DNA from: Octopus sinensis
Taxonomy: Eukaryota
Reading direction: 5' to 3'
Length of the DNA: 64,000 nucleotides
NCBI RefSeq assembly: GCF_006345805.1
Contig: NC_042997.1
Location: forward strand, 99,448,001-99,512,000
This document shows, piece after piece, positions 37,255 through 51,585 of the stretch (position 1 is its first letter; every line of letters starts with the position of its first letter). The position numbers and the translations under genes are program-made. The notes under the pieces are model-generated. The model ran no database searches, was not told the origin of the DNA, and saw only the letters and a list, made by a program, of their open reading frames with translations.

Positions 37255-39485
37255 GTCTAATCCCTTCAAGGTAATGACTAAAGCTTATGGGAGACCCAAC
37301 TTCTCATACATGACCCAGGATGGTATTTTGGGACTTTTTATCTTTTTGGAAAACGTGCATATGATATACCATAAAATGCCGTATATAGTTTTCCCTTGAG
37401 ATAGTGTTTCCCTAAAATAGTGTTTTAAGATGGCGAATTGGCTGGATCATTAGAGCGTGGGAGAGGATATCTTGCAATATTTGTTCCAACACTCTGCTCT
37501 GTCAGTTCAAATGCTATAAAGATTAATTTTTACCTTCCATCCTTTCAGAGTCGATAAAATTTTACCAAACCATAACGGTGGTTTGGCGGAAATATTGCAA
37601 GGTCGGAGTGATGCTTTACTGCACCTCTTCTGGTTCTTTACGTTCTGACAGCAACACCTGCAGCAAAGAATTGTATCGACTAATTCGGCGACTCACCCTG
37701 AGATGTATATCGGTAGCGTGAAAAGCGGGGACTTACAGACATGGGGAATTTTGCTAGTGTTCCTAAAAAAAAACGTTGCTTAATCCTGCTCAATTCATAG
37801 TCAATCTTAAACGACGGAGGGCCTGTATTTTGTTCGCTTGGAATGCAAACTCCTCATTTTCCACTTCACCATTTGGGAACATATCATTTTAATCACTGAC
37901 CAAAGCGACGATTGCAGTATAAGCCACCTGACAGCTACATCATAAAGCATCATTTTTTTCCGATATTCTACTGGAAAATGAGAAAACGTTCCCACCCGCT
38001 GTGTCAACTGTTGTTGTTGCTGTTGTGTTTGTTGTTGTTGTTGTTGTTGTTTAACTCCGAATTAACCCTGGCCTATAGTGAAATATGTTCTACCCATGAT
38101 TATTCCAAATTTTTTTCCAGCAAAATATATTTAGTACTATATTATCTAATGCAGACATGAACAACCTGAGGCCTGCAGCACTTTTTAAATAGCTTATCTA
38201 GAGAAACATTACCTTGAATATTTTAGTAGTGCGACACAAAGATGGATGTCTTATGCGACTCGCCTCACGAAAACGGTTGCTCATATCTGAAGTAATGCGT
38301 CTTTCCATTATTTCATATATTAATATAAGATTTGTAGCTGTAGAAGATTGTAGAACAATGTAACTGATTGAATCAACTTTGGTATATTACTAGTATATAT
38401 TTATTTTTCTCTGCTATAAAAAAAGGCAAAGTCGATCTCGGTGACATTTGCACGCAAATGATACAAGCACCATGATAATATATAGAGCAAGGCGTTTAGT
38501 TGGGCAACCTGTCACTTCTGCTACGGCAGTATTCTAAATTCCTTTGCGTTTGTGTTATATTATAAAATATTCGCATCAATATAACTATCATATTAATTCT
38601 ATTCCTGTCCAAAGGATATGAATAATAAAGATCTTAAACTTAGACAAATGTAATTTGTGAAAATGATGAAATAATAAGTGATTCTGCTACTGTTGGCTAT
38701 TTTTAACACAATTTACCCGTAATTTTATTCACTTAGTCTTGTTTTCATTGATGTTTTTTATGCTATTTTATTTAATATTTCGCTAATGGTAAAATGCTCG
38801 ATAAAGTTTTAGCGTCTGGCTTTAAAAATTCTAAAAAGTCCATTTATGACATTGGATTTTTCCGTTTATTTTCCTTTTATTCATAGTTTCATCTGCTGCA
38901 TCGAGAGGTTGATACTATTTGGAATTCCACTGATAGCTTCTTATCCAATTCTACCCACAGCTTCTTATCCAATTCCACCCACAAAATTATGACTTCTAGT
39001 TATTCAACTTCCATTGCTATTAAAGAACTTGCTCATTTTAAATATTAGCACTTGCTGTATTTCTTCATGATCTTATATAAATATATTCGTTCTATTTTTT
39101 TATGCCACTGTATGCCACTGGAAACGTCATTAACAATCTTGCTTCTTGATATCTGAGAGGGAATGCATTCGATGATAGGATACCTGTTGCTTACTCTCAA
39201 CGAAAAGGAGGATGTAAACTGCAGTACGACTGAAGTTTACGCAATACTATTCTAAGAAGTAGTTGCTAAAACCGTTGGTTGAACCCATTTTTTATTGTGA
39301 ATATTTGCAGCAATTTCATGGAGTAGCGTTTGTGACATTTTTGCAAGGCATCCAAGACTGGTTGGTGAAAGGCTGGAGGAATGGTGATGTTGAACAGGGC
39401 AATGATTGGATCTAATTTTCTAGAACAGGGAGGATTTAAATAATGAGCTTCCACATGATTTCCATCTACCCAATTTCACATAAGT

Positions 39486-39670
39486 GGAGGCGCGTGGCTT
39501 AGTGGTTATGATATTGTGGTTTCGTTTCCTGGGGCCAGTGATACATTGTTTTCTTGAGCAAAACACTTCATTTCATGTTCCTCCAGTCCACTCAGCTGGC
39601 AAAAATAAGTAATCTTGCGAAGGACCAGAATCCCATCTAGGTGCGGAATTTATACGCCATGGAATCGGCA
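39486..39670 (+). mobile_element. Family-C SINE
   Basis: GGAGGCGCGTGGCTTAGTGGTT..CTTGAGCAAAACACTTCATTTCA..CCAGTCCACTCAGCTGGCAAAAAT. Confidence 0.85.
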
Positions 39671-40059
39671 CGACTCGAGAAGATAGCCTTTACCTTTTCC
39701 ATTTCACGTATAGTAATTGTGGTTGTTTAACAAATAAGATATTAAGAAGGATGAGAAAAAGAAGGTGGAAGAAGAAGAGCGGTTGAATTAGATAAACTAT
39801 CTGAACTCTATTAAGATGAAAGAATGCCGGTAAAGTTGTTGCAGTTAATCGCAGTGTTAAACTGAGCAGTTGTGTTGCCCCATCCCTACTCCCACCCTCT
39901 ATCATCTTCAGCTCACTCATGACATTCCCCTATGGAAATTTTGATTAAAACTTGTTTATTTCAATCTATTGTCCATGTTTTGTTGTACATCACTTGGATC
40001 CACGCCTTTCTGAATTCAAATCCAATTTAAATTGATTGAGGCTTTCGTTCCATTGAAAA

Positions 40060-40060
40060 C

Positions 40061-40103
<43 letters not shown>

Positions 40104-40253
40104 GGTGGTGGTGGTGGTTTTGGTAGTGGTGGTGGTGGTGGTGGTTGTGGTGGTGGTAGTGGTGGTGGTGTTACTAGTAGTAGAAGTAGTAGTGATGGTG
40201 GTGGTGGTGGTGGTGATGATTGTGGTTGAGGAGGCAGAGGTGGTTGTAGTAGT

Positions 40254-40322
<69 letters not shown>
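40060..40322. repeat. Compound (TAG)n/(TGG)n/(CAG)n microsatellite
   Basis: Direct reading; source of the poly-L/P/V/G ORFs at 40016-40434. Confidence 0.95.
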
Positions 40323-40323
<1 letters not shown>

Positions 40324-40794
40324 ACATGTCGAATTAAAATACCCGGTGATACAAGATGCCTTGCACTTACAACATATTTGTTGTTCGATTGGAACCATCA
40401 CAGCTCAATCGATTTTCCTTTGGTTTTGAATTAATTTTTTGTAAATAAATGGATATACCAACTACGATGATTTTACACAATTTCTGCCCAGTGTCGCTGA
40501 AAATTGGGAAAAACTGTAAAAATAACTTCAACATCATTGCAATATACTTTTATAAATCTTTGAAGACAGAATACTCTCAATGATTAATGAAAGCTTGATT
40601 CCCTTTAGAATCCCTAATGCATACTTAATCGACGAAATAAATATTCATTGCAATAATTCTTATCTAAAACCAATTTCTCTCCAATCTCCTCCGAATGACA
40701 TGAACAGAACTGCTTGATAATTACACGGCTGCATTTGACTTGTAGAAAGTCGTATTTTAAGCTGACTACATAACAAATACATATGATGATGGTA

Positions 40795-40806
40795 ATAGAT
40801 AATAAT

Positions 40807-40904
<98 letters not shown>

Positions 40905-40930
40905 TATTAATAATAATAATAATAATAATT
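40795..40930. repeat. (AAT)n microsatellite
   Basis: Direct reading. Confidence 0.95.
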
Positions 40931-43607
40931 ACTGTTTCCAAGTAAAGCAAATAAAAGGTAAAAACAGATGTCATGAACGTATTAAATTCTATTGTCCCTA
41001 GAGAACGGTTTTTCAATTCAATATCTGTCATGTGCAAGATAATAAGCACGTTGTAAAATCAGAATAGAAGTCATTTTATGACTGAAATAAATACTGGAAG
41101 TATTACATCTGGGATCATGTTTTGGTTGGCTTCAAACGAAATACGAAATAGTGTAAAATTGGCTTGTTAGACTTCAGTACATATGTTTTAGCTTAATAGC
41201 ATTGTGCGTTATTGTGTTTTTACTCGCGGGACAATATACTTAACTAACAGTTTATGGCTATATATATATGACAAAAAATATTCTTTCATACAACGTTCTG
41301 ATAACTAAACAACTTTCATGTAATAAATAGAACGAAGGAACATTGATATTGATCAACACAATGTATTTGGCGTCAATTTTATTAGCAAAACTTTTCCTCA
41401 CTCTTAATGAGTCATTATATTCCCACTGAAGGCTTCGTTGTCTTACATAGGAAGTCGGTTGCAAATCTTATTGCTAAAACCTTTCTGCCTGTTTACGGAT
41501 TCATATCTTAAGTTTCTGGTATAAGTGAAATGAAATTACTTAAAAGGAAATTGAATTTCTGTATTTGACAGCTGACTAGCAGCTTTTATGTCATTCTACT
41601 AAACTCACACAAATATAGAGCTAATATGACCGAGGGGATTTGGCACAAGTTTCTCGTTAGTTAATCGATGCACATGTATCTCACTGAACTGCAATCCTAC
41701 TTTTGTACGTCACATATTTTTACAATCTCCTTGACTTGAGATATTAAACAAATGTAAATTTACTTCATAACATCAGAAAAATCATTTTACTACATTCGAC
41801 ACAAGAAAGTAGTATCTGCTAGCAAAAATACTTTCCCCTCTATTCATCCTTCTTCAACTATCTGAACACAAGTTTGATTTGTATATGACTTTGATTCATC
41901 TCACCAGATACTAATCACCACCATAAAGTGGGATTTCGAAAACGTCTTCAATAGGAACATGACAATCTAGTCTTATCCGACTCTATGAATACCACAGTAC
42001 TGAGTTATCTCTGCAATAACTTACAGAGCTACAGAACTCGCGGTGTTTTTACCCTTCACCGGGATGAAATCTAACCCATTTCGTTTAAAAATCTTCAGTA
42101 TTACGAAAGTTGCAATTCTATTTTGAGACAGAGACACGTTCAAAAATATGTAATCTCAATGTATTTTTAAAAAATTTTTATTAGTGATCAAATTTTAGTT
42201 AATACGAATTTCAGTTTTCTAATATTGACTGAAGGCCTGTACTTAAACAAGAGGTTATTACGCTTTGGGAATAAAGCGATGGAAATTGTAGGCACCCTGT
42301 TCACCGTGAAAATTATTTCGTTGGACCTGACTCAAACTTTGTAAACAACAGAACAAATATCAGTGATCTTATATTAAAAATGACTCCGGTACAGTTTGCA
42401 GTTGTGTGTGCATTTGTGTACTCGCAATTAAAGAAATTGATCTGTTTGATATTCAGAAAAAAATAGTGTTCAAAGAGTTTATAATGACTGAGTTGAAATG
42501 ATGTATTGAAATACTAAAGGATATGCAGTGACTTGATATCCGCTAGAAGCACTTCATTCTGTCTTTGGACAGGACGCTTGACTCTACATAACATGAAAAC
42601 TGACATATAGAGAATTTAGTTTTTGCTCTATTGAATAGGCATCAGATTTTCTGGAAATTATAACTTCGACAAACTAGCGTCCTATAAAAAGTAAAACAAA
42701 ATCTCCTCTAATCTCCTTAGCACTACAGAATCTGAAGTTATCTAACGACTTGGTAAGTTTTTATGCCTCATGAAAACATTTAGCTTTTCTTTTTTTTTTT
42801 CCTTTTTTTTTTCCTTTTTTTCTGTTATTTATTTTCATGTTATACTATTCTATAGATTATTTTACTTTTCCCTTAACTACGTCGAGAAAGTGAAGAGAAA
42901 ATCAATACGCAGCTGTTCAGGGAAATTTCTTGTACGCAATTTTCCACTTGTACACCCACTCGCTTTTTCGTAATCTGATGGTAGTTTTATTTTGATATAA
43001 ATTTGTCAGTTATAAACTGAATCACTTGTATAATTCGCTATAATAAACTTATTCGATTTGTTATTATTGTTTTATTTGTCAAGTTAAGCTTTATCCATAT
43101 TTAATATTCCAAGTGTTCCCTCGTTTTGATGTACAACTTCTGCAAGTGTAAGTATGTTTGTGAGAGTCTGCTGTATGTATGAGTATGTTTGTGAAACTCT
43201 CTTGGATGTGTGTAAGTATTTATAGAGCATAGCCTTAAATTGTTGGAATTGAATCCCATGATTAAAACAAAATCAGCATTTAATTTATCAGAAAACGAAA
43301 TCCATTTCTGTTGTCGTATAAAGTATCACCCTACAGCGGTTATGTGGCTTTAGCTGACATGAAACTCGGGTAAGGAAGCAGTAGAATTCTAGGCCGGGTA
43401 TTAAAAAATATACACTCCAGTACATACAATACATTTTTCAGCATCTTCGGGCAGTTTCTTGCAATCATTTGTATGTGCACATGGGTTTATGGCAAACTGT
43501 GTGTATAGATGTAATTCAGCGTAATAGAAAACTTTCAAAGTACTTGTCATTTTTCCTGATTAAAAAAATCCAAAACATCGAAGTAAAAATCAGTCGAAAA
43601 ACATAGA

Positions 43608-43872
43608 AGTCAATTAATATGGAAGATATGGGGCAATTAATATGGAAGAAAGATGTCGATATGGTAGAGAGGAGTCTCTTAAATGGTAGATAGGAGTTAA
43701 TTAGCATATAGATAGGGGTCAATTAACATGGCAGACAGGAGTCAATTAATATGGTAGATAGGAGTCAACTAATATGGTGGAAGCGGGTCAATTAATATAG
43801 TAGATAGGAGTCAATTAATATGGTAGATAAGAGTCAGTTAATATGGTTGATAGGAGTCAATTAATATGGTCA
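43608..43872. repeat. 23-bp minisatellite, about 11 copies
   Basis: Consensus AGTCAATTAATATGGTAGATAGG; copies are contiguous with point variants and no unique spacers. Confidence 0.9.
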
Positions 43873-44394
43873 TGGATTTACTTGTTAAAAATACAAACTG
43901 TTTTGTTTCGATTAGTTCTCTGTATTTTTGTTTTTGTGTCATTACATAGTTAAGGTTTACTCAGCTTCCTTTAATATTTGAATTTTTAATATGTTCATGT
44001 GATTGAACAGCGCAAAAGTTTCATTTTAGATGTGATGACGACTACCAAAGAACATAAATATTTGTCACAAAGTTTCTTACAATTGATGACAAAAGCTAAA
44101 AGCTTGGACATTACGTTACCTATCACATGTGTGTGGGGAGGGGTATTTCTCGATAACACCAAAAAGAAGGTACTTCTTTTCTACTCGCTAAAATGAATGG
44201 CACTAATATCATCAGACGATATCTCACGGTCATATGAAATTTAAACAAAAGTATGATGGAACTCAAAAAAGGTTCAGGAAATTACAGACAGCTGACTAAA
44301 CTCTTTTATAGGCACAAAGCAGCCTTTCACTGCGCATACGAACCCACACACACACACAAGTACCAAAAGAACATTATTCAATAAAGCCTCCTTC

Positions 44395-44540
44395 ATTTTA
44401 CGTTCAAATTCCGCCGAGGTTGACTTTGCCTTTCAGCCTTTCGAGGTCGATGAATTAAGTACCAGTTGCGTATTGGGGTCGATCAAATCGCTGGCACCCT
44501 CCCAAAAAAGTCAGGCCTTGTGCCTAGAGTATAAAAGAAT
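44395..44540 (+). mobile_element. 5'-truncated family-A SINE
   Basis: GTTCAAATTCCGCCGAGGTTGACTTTGCCTTTCAGCCTTTCGAGGTCGATGAATTAAGTACCAG..GGCCTTGTGCCTAGAG. Confidence 0.88.
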
Positions 44541-45629
44541 AAAGCCACCTTCAGCTTCAACAACTGGTTCTATATGAGTCTAAATCATCTACATGCTCCA
44601 ATCAAGTGGTCCTGGTTCATTTTAGACATTACTCTGACTATGGCAGCTGTCAAAGAATCTTTTGTTTTATCGGCGTTCATTGAACTCTCTCTCAAAAACG
44701 CTCCACAATGGATGGAGATTTGGGGAATTAGGAGGCCAAATGTTAGGGGTTATGTGATCATGAGAATTTTCAGGCATCCATTCCTGTTACTAGAGCCATG
44801 TGTGATAGTGCAGAGACTTACCGAAATACATATAGCCTTCCATTGCATGCACTGTCTATCCAGGGCTCAACAATTGTTTCCAGGACCCCAATCTAGGCGG
44901 CAGAGTTAACTTTAAGGCCTTGTAGAAAGAAGTAAGGAGGTACCACATGTCCTTCATTGCTGACAATCCCTAAAACCATGACAGTTGCAGGAAATTTTGT
45001 ATACATAACAACTGGAACTTCAGAAGGGTCTTCACATAACCATCTGTCATTTCTTCTGTTAGCTTTTTGATCTTGGTCGAAGCTTTTTCTCGGTTGAGAA
45101 AAACCGAATCAAATCTTCTGCTGGATTTTTCACTTTGTTTAAGAACCTTTTATATCTGATGTAATGATTTTCGTTTGCTTTTTTGACAAATTGACCTTTC
45201 CTCATCGTATAAGACTTATAGCTGGTGTCTTCCTGGACGTTTCTAACTGTTCCTTCTGACACATGTAGATCTTTTGCAATTGACCTCATGGACTTTCTGG
45301 GATTGTAATCAATGGTCTGTTGAACTTCCTGAATAAATTCAGGTATTCTGATTATTTCAGAGCGTTTAGAATGCCTTTTATGCTTTGATATTGGTGTCTA
45401 ACTCCTTAAAAGCTTTGTAGACGAAAGATCTGGCAGCTTTTAAAAATCGAAATATTTCTAAATCGCTATACTCTGCGTTTATAACCACAATAACAATATG
45501 CCTCTCTATTCCTTGAGAAAGCTGAGGGCCTGCCATTATTATTTTCTGGAACAAAGATTATACAGAGTTAGCAAAAATTGCAGCAATGACCCAAAAGAAG
45601 GTATGTCCTCAAATACCTTACGCAGCCTG
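44541..45629 (-). mobile_element. Tc1/mariner-superfamily transposon (maT/DD37D-like), pseudogenised, 3' end lost
   Basis: TA|CAGGCTGCGTAAGG end at 45629; ATG at about 45536: MAGPQLSQGIERH..SDLEIFRFLK..RSIAKDLHVSEGTVRN..NRRNDRW..TKFPATVMVLGIVSNEGHVVPPYFF..PWIDSACNGRLYVF. Confidence 0.85.
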
Positions 45630-45644
45630 TATATATATATATAT

Positions 45645-45678
<34 letters not shown>

Positions 45679-46150
45679 ATATATATATAAAGAGAGAGAG
45701 AGAGAGAGAGAGAGATAATAAAAATTAATATAAACAGTTAGGCGCAATGTAATACCATAAAGAAAAAATTGAATCGTCTCTAAATGTGACTTAGGGTCCT
45801 GAAACACCTCCTTTTCTAATAAGAGTTAAAAACTCTTAATGATGTAAGAAGAGTGCAATATATATATGTGTGTGTGTGTGTATACATACATACATACATA
45901 CACTGACAGTGAAGTTAACCGCCCCATGACAGTCTCTACGATCACCAGAACAGGCCTAGTTTCGCCTATTCTATGAGCATCGTCAGTAGTCATTGCTCAA
46001 ACGGTCGAAGTTTTATGCTAAAAATAAATAAAAATTGATATAAATATTGATATAAATTTGACCATCCTCAAGTATAACAAGACATATATATATATTGTTT
46101 TATATATATATATATATTGTTATATATGTATATATATATATAATGTTATA

Positions 46151-46203
<53 letters not shown>

Positions 46204-47568
46204 TCAAATTTTGCCAATTAAGCACACACACACTATATATTTGGTCTTCGCTTCCCCTTTATTATTGTTATTTTAGTCTCATTTCCAAAGCTCTTTCGGC
46301 TCACATCCTGTGACCTCATCACCAACTTTCTATCCCCAAGTATAACAATATCTGTTTCAACACACGAATTCACATCAGGAATCTTACAAAACAAATACAT
46401 AAACATGTATATATAAGTGATAATAAAGGGAATGATGAGACTCAACGAAAGGTCACAAAGCTATCATCAACAGTGACACAAAGCGAACCATCAGTTCTTT
46501 ATCACTAAATTTTGCAACAAATGACGAAAGAATTGTATTCAAACACAGAATGGGAAAGTATGTGGAAGAATCAAGAATTCGTTAAAACGCTGTATCAGAA
46601 AAGATCAATTACTTTGAAAAAAATGCTCAACTGACAGAAAGCAATTTCTTGAAAAGGACTTCAATATCCTCCGAAAAGATATTTTTGAAGAAATATCGGT
46701 ATTTTACTTTTCCTAGGTAACCATTTATAAATGTATGAGAAGATGAATGAAGATTTCGGGGAAGAATGACCACAGCTAATGCGTAGGTTTGGATTTGGTA
46801 GACCATTCATTTTCTATAAGTGTTGCTAACGATATAACAAGAGAAAAAATCTTGCAAATAAAAGACAATCCAAGGAAGCCTGTGGTTTTCAGTGTTGACA
46901 AGATTTGTGTTATTTGTAAATAGCAGTAGAAAGCGTACAGAAAAATAGCCATGGAGAGTGTAGTAGCCAACGATTCGGATAGATTCCTTCATCAGAAGGG
47001 AAATAAAAGATAGAAGGTAAATAAAAGAAAGACAATAGAGTCTCACATCCACTATGTTGCAGCCATTTTCATAGAGGATGCAAAATTCTTGTCTTTCTTT
47101 TACGTTGCTTTTTACGAAAAATCGTACAAGATATTCATCTTTGCTTCATGTACCATCACTGATCTAGTTAAGATATCAGTATGTTAACATGATAATAGTT
47201 CTGTCCACTCTGTCTAAACAGTTTTCGAAGATCATAATATTCAGTTTTTCTTTTTCTTCACATCTGAGATATATTGAAAATGTACGGCAACTGAATTCAA
47301 AAACAATCTTTTTTTAATTATGAAAGAATAGTACAAATTAAAACCCGTCAACTGAAAAGTCTTTCTGGCAGTATCATATGAAGTATTCCTTAAGAATAAA
47401 AGTAATTATGATATAATAAAGGATTTCAAAATTTTTATTATGAGTAAACGTAAATGATTTCTTTGCACATTAAATGAACTGATTCCAACAAAATAAGGAC
47501 TTTCTGACCTAAACGTGCACTCTAACACGCACACACAAAAGAGTAGTAGTAGTAGTAGTAGTAGTAGT

Positions 47569-47603
<35 letters not shown>

Positions 47604-47704
47604 ACAGCAGCAGGTAATCCCAACAGTAAATTTCTTCCGCGAGGATCAAATAACTGATTTTATACAAACTCACACACATACACACACAGACACACACACA
47701 CACA

Positions 47705-47795
<91 letters not shown>

Positions 47796-48002
47796 ACAAA
47801 CACACTCACATAACGTTTTAGTGTGCCCAAGACACGCCGTACGTTACGACGGCGCTCCCACAACTCCATCAAGAGGTGAGATTCCAAGGGAGAAAGACAT
47901 TTACCACTTAATGGTGATTGCGTTTCCCTGGCAAGCAAGAGATTCGATTACCATTAACAGATATGTCCTTGCTTTCTGGCTTATCATGTTTATACTGCTT
48001 TA

Positions 48003-48335
48003 TATAAAAAATAAATATCTTGCATCATGTTGTATAATACATACGTGTATGCATATAATATATAAAATATGCATGTATTTATATCATAGTTATATGTGTA
48101 TGCGTATATATGTGTATGTGTATATAAAAAATAAATATCTTGCATCATATTGTATAATACATACGTGTATGCATATATATAAAATATGCATGTATTTATA
48201 TCGTATTTATATGTGTATGCGTATATAAAAAATAAATATCTTGCATCATATTGTATAATACATACGTGTATGCATATAATATATAAAATATGCGTGTATT
48301 TATATCGTATTTATATGTGTATGCGTATATGTGTG
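48003..48335. repeat. About 100-120-bp tandem repeat, 3 copies
   Basis: TATAAAAAATAAATATCTTGCATCAT..GTATAATACATACGTGTATGCATAT starts at about 48003, 48123 and 48224. Confidence 0.9.
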
Positions 48336-49519
48336 TGCGTTCATAACTTATATTATATGTGCATGTATAATTCGTTACGCACAAGCGTGTGTATGCGTGA
48401 AACACAGAGAAGAAAAAACGAAAGAATGAAAGAGAATTTTAAATGAATATGCAACTTCCATTCATCACACAAGAGAGATGTGTGTGCGTTGATCGAAAAC
48501 TCATGTCAAAGTAGACATATCAGCTCAGCTTACCGATAAGCTAATGGCTGCTTGGATACAAGAGGATATAGCATCAAAGCTAACAAAAAGATAAAAATTT
48601 ATCTTTTTCTCTTGTCTGACTTTTATTCGATGATTTCTTGAAAGTTTAGAGCAGAAATCTGATTGATTATTCCTCAGTGATTTTTTTTCCTTTTTGATAA
48701 TTTAATGTATAAACGCTATATTTTTCCGATCATTCGGGAAAAATATTTAATGATTTCTCCCTCCATATATCTTACTTCCTCCCAACGTCAGCCTACGAAC
48801 ACATTCTCTTTACTCCCCTCTGTTTCGAGCCAGTACTTTCCCTAGAAATATTCTCTTAAAGTTTCCCCTCCTCCTCTTTTAACTTCTACAATTGTTTCCC
48901 AGTTCAGTGCTTGTAATTTCTTTGCAAAGCTTGATTAGCTCTCTCTTCAATCAAAAAGGCTTCTTGAGTAATTGTTTTTGATCGATTTGAATGTTTTAAT
49001 TCAGTTTTCTTTTTCACTGGAGTTACTAAAGTATGATATTTGTTCAAATTGAAAAGCATTTACTTCAAGAAAAAGCACTGTTCAAAAAGTGTTACCGAGT
49101 CAAATTCATCAGGTTACATAATCTAAACAGTAACCACTGAAATTTATAGTAATTTCTTTTAATAAGACCGTTGGAAATAAAGACGATTGAAACAAATCTA
49201 ATGAATTATTGGTGTATAAATTATCGGCTGAGAATGGATTAAATGTGCAGCTGATAACGGACTTCAATATTAACTCAGAGCATGGTGGTACCAAACTGAA
49301 GTCTCCAAAGTGTATACTCCCTTATAGTCCATGCTAACCCTCGTCTCTGCTTTAGAAATATTGCTACTTCTTTTGGTTACAAGGTTTTAATATGAATTTA
49401 TAACATATTTTCTATGAACGTTTGTCATGTATGTAAAACGAAGACAACTATATTTGACAACTGAAGCTCAGTCGCAATTCTGATCTTCCCTTGAAATTAA
49501 TTCCCTAAATTGTGTGGCT

Positions 49520-49840
49520 CACAAAGTTCAGGAATAATTGCTCCCAGCAAAGACGTTAATCGAGAAACAATTTTAGTCACAAGGAAAGAAAATGTCCTTC
49601 GTTCTATTTTTCAAGGTTGTTTGGGGCCTAAATATAGTGAATTGATTCAGGGAGCGACAAAAAAAAAACAAGTTGTTGTGTGGACGCCCCCAGACGATGA
49701 AGTAGGCTAACCCAATACTTAGATATAGAGGGAGAAGCTTAGACGTCAGGACTGCAGTAGAGAGTAGCAGTCGGAGTAGTGTTGAGTAGAAGTCATCCGA
49801 ACGTGCGACATAACACAAGTCATGGATCGGACTAACTGTA
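49520..49840 (+). mobile_element. Possible RTE-like LINE 3' relic
   Basis: Weak peptides ENVLRSIF.. and LLCGRPQTM resembling E.KVLR.IFG and LRWFGHV.RM; abuts (GAT)/(AAT)n. Confidence 0.3.
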
Positions 49841-49880
49841 ATTAAAGTCTGCTTTAATAATAATGATGATGATGATGATG

Positions 49881-49927
<47 letters not shown>

Positions 49928-50262
49928 TAGTAGTAGTTCGATATTCTGAGAAATTTCTGCTACAGCTTAAGTTAAAGCAATATCTTAGACGCTAGCAACT
50001 GATGTTATTTCACATGAGTCATATATCAATTTCTAGTTGTTGTTAACGTTGTTTTCATTCCGATTAAAATGTTGAAGAGAGATTAAAATCCTGGATATTT
50101 CTCCTTGTTTGAGGTGACCTGGAGAGGTGCAAGTGTACTAGATTGTTTCTTCGTTGCCTTCTTTTTTCGCGTAAACAGATTATCATGCAACACTACGAAA
50201 TAATCAAACACTGTTTCACCATTGTGTTGTACAGGTGCATGGTGTGCCATATGTCATATTGA

Positions 50263-50490
50263 GAGGCGAGCTGGCAGAAACGTTAGCACGCCGGGCGAGA
50301 TGCTTAGCGGTATTTCGTCTGCCGTTACGTTGTGAGTTCAAATTCCGCCGAGGTCGACTTTGCCTTTCATCATTTCGGGGTCGATAAATTAAGTACCAGT
50401 TATGCACTGGAGTCGATGTAATCGACTTAATACCTATGTCTGTCCGTGTTTGTCCCCTCTACGTTTAGCCCCTTGTGGGTAATAAAGAAA
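50263..50490 (+). mobile_element. Family-A SINE, tail type 2, near consensus
   Basis: GGCGAGCTGGCAGAAACGTTAGCACGCCGGGCG..AGTACCAG..CCCCTTGTGGGTAATAAAGAAATA. Confidence 0.92.
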
Positions 50491-50498
50491 TAGATATT

Positions 50499-50615
50499 GA
50501 AATGTGTGATGAGGTGTTTTGCTCAAGAACACAACTAACCACCCAGTCTGAGAATCGAACCCAAAATCTCGCGATCGTGAGTGCAACACCTTAACCATTT
50601 GGCTATGCGCTTTCA
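50499..50615 (-). mobile_element. Family-C SINE head
   Basis: Revcomp GCGCATAGCCAAATGGTTAAGGTGTTGCACTCACGATCGCG..GTTCGATTCTC..TGTGTTCTTGAGCAAAACAC. Confidence 0.75.
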
Positions 50616-51026
50616 TGCAAGTGTACAATATTCTTGAATACATCATAACTGAAAAGTTCATGATTTTCAGTACTTTGGGTTACACATTTCTTCCATTTTA
50701 GTATATAGATGGAAAATGTGCTGAAATCCCCATCCTATATGTATATATATATGTGTGTATGTGTGTGTGTGTGTGGTGTGTGTGTGTGTGTGTGTGTGTT
50801 AATGCTTTTATGAGTATATAAGTGTAATTTGTGTGTATATATACATGTGTGTGTGTGTTTGTGTATGCATGTGTACGTATGCGTGCGTATGCATCAATGC
50901 ATGCGTCGGATTTTGTATGTCATCGTATGAACACCGTTTGAAAAAAAAGCATCTATGTTTATGTGGCATAACTTAGCGGTGCAACCAAAAAGTACGGTAA
51001 ATTAAGATGATGATGATGATGATGAT

Positions 51027-51061
<35 letters not shown>

Positions 51062-51068
51062 TGATGAC

Positions 51069-51115
<47 letters not shown>

Positions 51116-51140
51116 CGATGATGACGATGATGTCGATGAC

Positions 51141-51507
51141 GAATAAAGACCTGGAAATTGTGGCATATGAAAAATTAAGTAAATATAAGGACCTGGAAAT
51201 TAAAATATAAAACAAGTGGCATCTTAAAGCGAGAACTGTTCCTGTTATTGTGTGTTCCCTAGGTATGATAAGAAAGGATGTCGAAAACCTCTAGGTAATA
51301 TACCAGGAAAACCATGTCTCAGAGAAATCAAAAAAATTGTGCTGACAAGTACTGCCCACATCCTTAGAAAGATATTTCGCTACTGTCTCTGTCACTTCCC
51401 CTTCCCAAGCTTCCTGTCATACAGTAACCTCTTTTTTCCTTCACTCGCTTTAGGATGCTGAGTGTGTCTCGGCAAATGATTGTAACAAACATGCAGATTA
51501 AAAGTAA
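51141..51507 (+). mobile_element. R4/Dong-like LINE 3' end (second subfamily)
   Basis: YEKLSKYKDLEIKI*NKWHLKARTVPVIVCSLGMIRKG..IKKIVLTSTAHILRK, then UTR and (TAA)n. Confidence 0.85.
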
Positions 51508-51534
51508 ATAATAATAATGATGATAATAATAAGA

Positions 51535-51582
<48 letters not shown>

Positions 51583-51585
<3 letters not shown>

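Noticed and set aside
43608-43872. CRISPR-like regular repeat
   Set aside because: Units are contiguous 23-mers with no unique spacers, no cas genes, and the context is eukaryotic: a minisatellite.
46430-46460. ATGATGAGACTCAACGAAAGGTC hammerhead candidate
   Set aside because: Core mismatch, essentially no stem II, no stem I.
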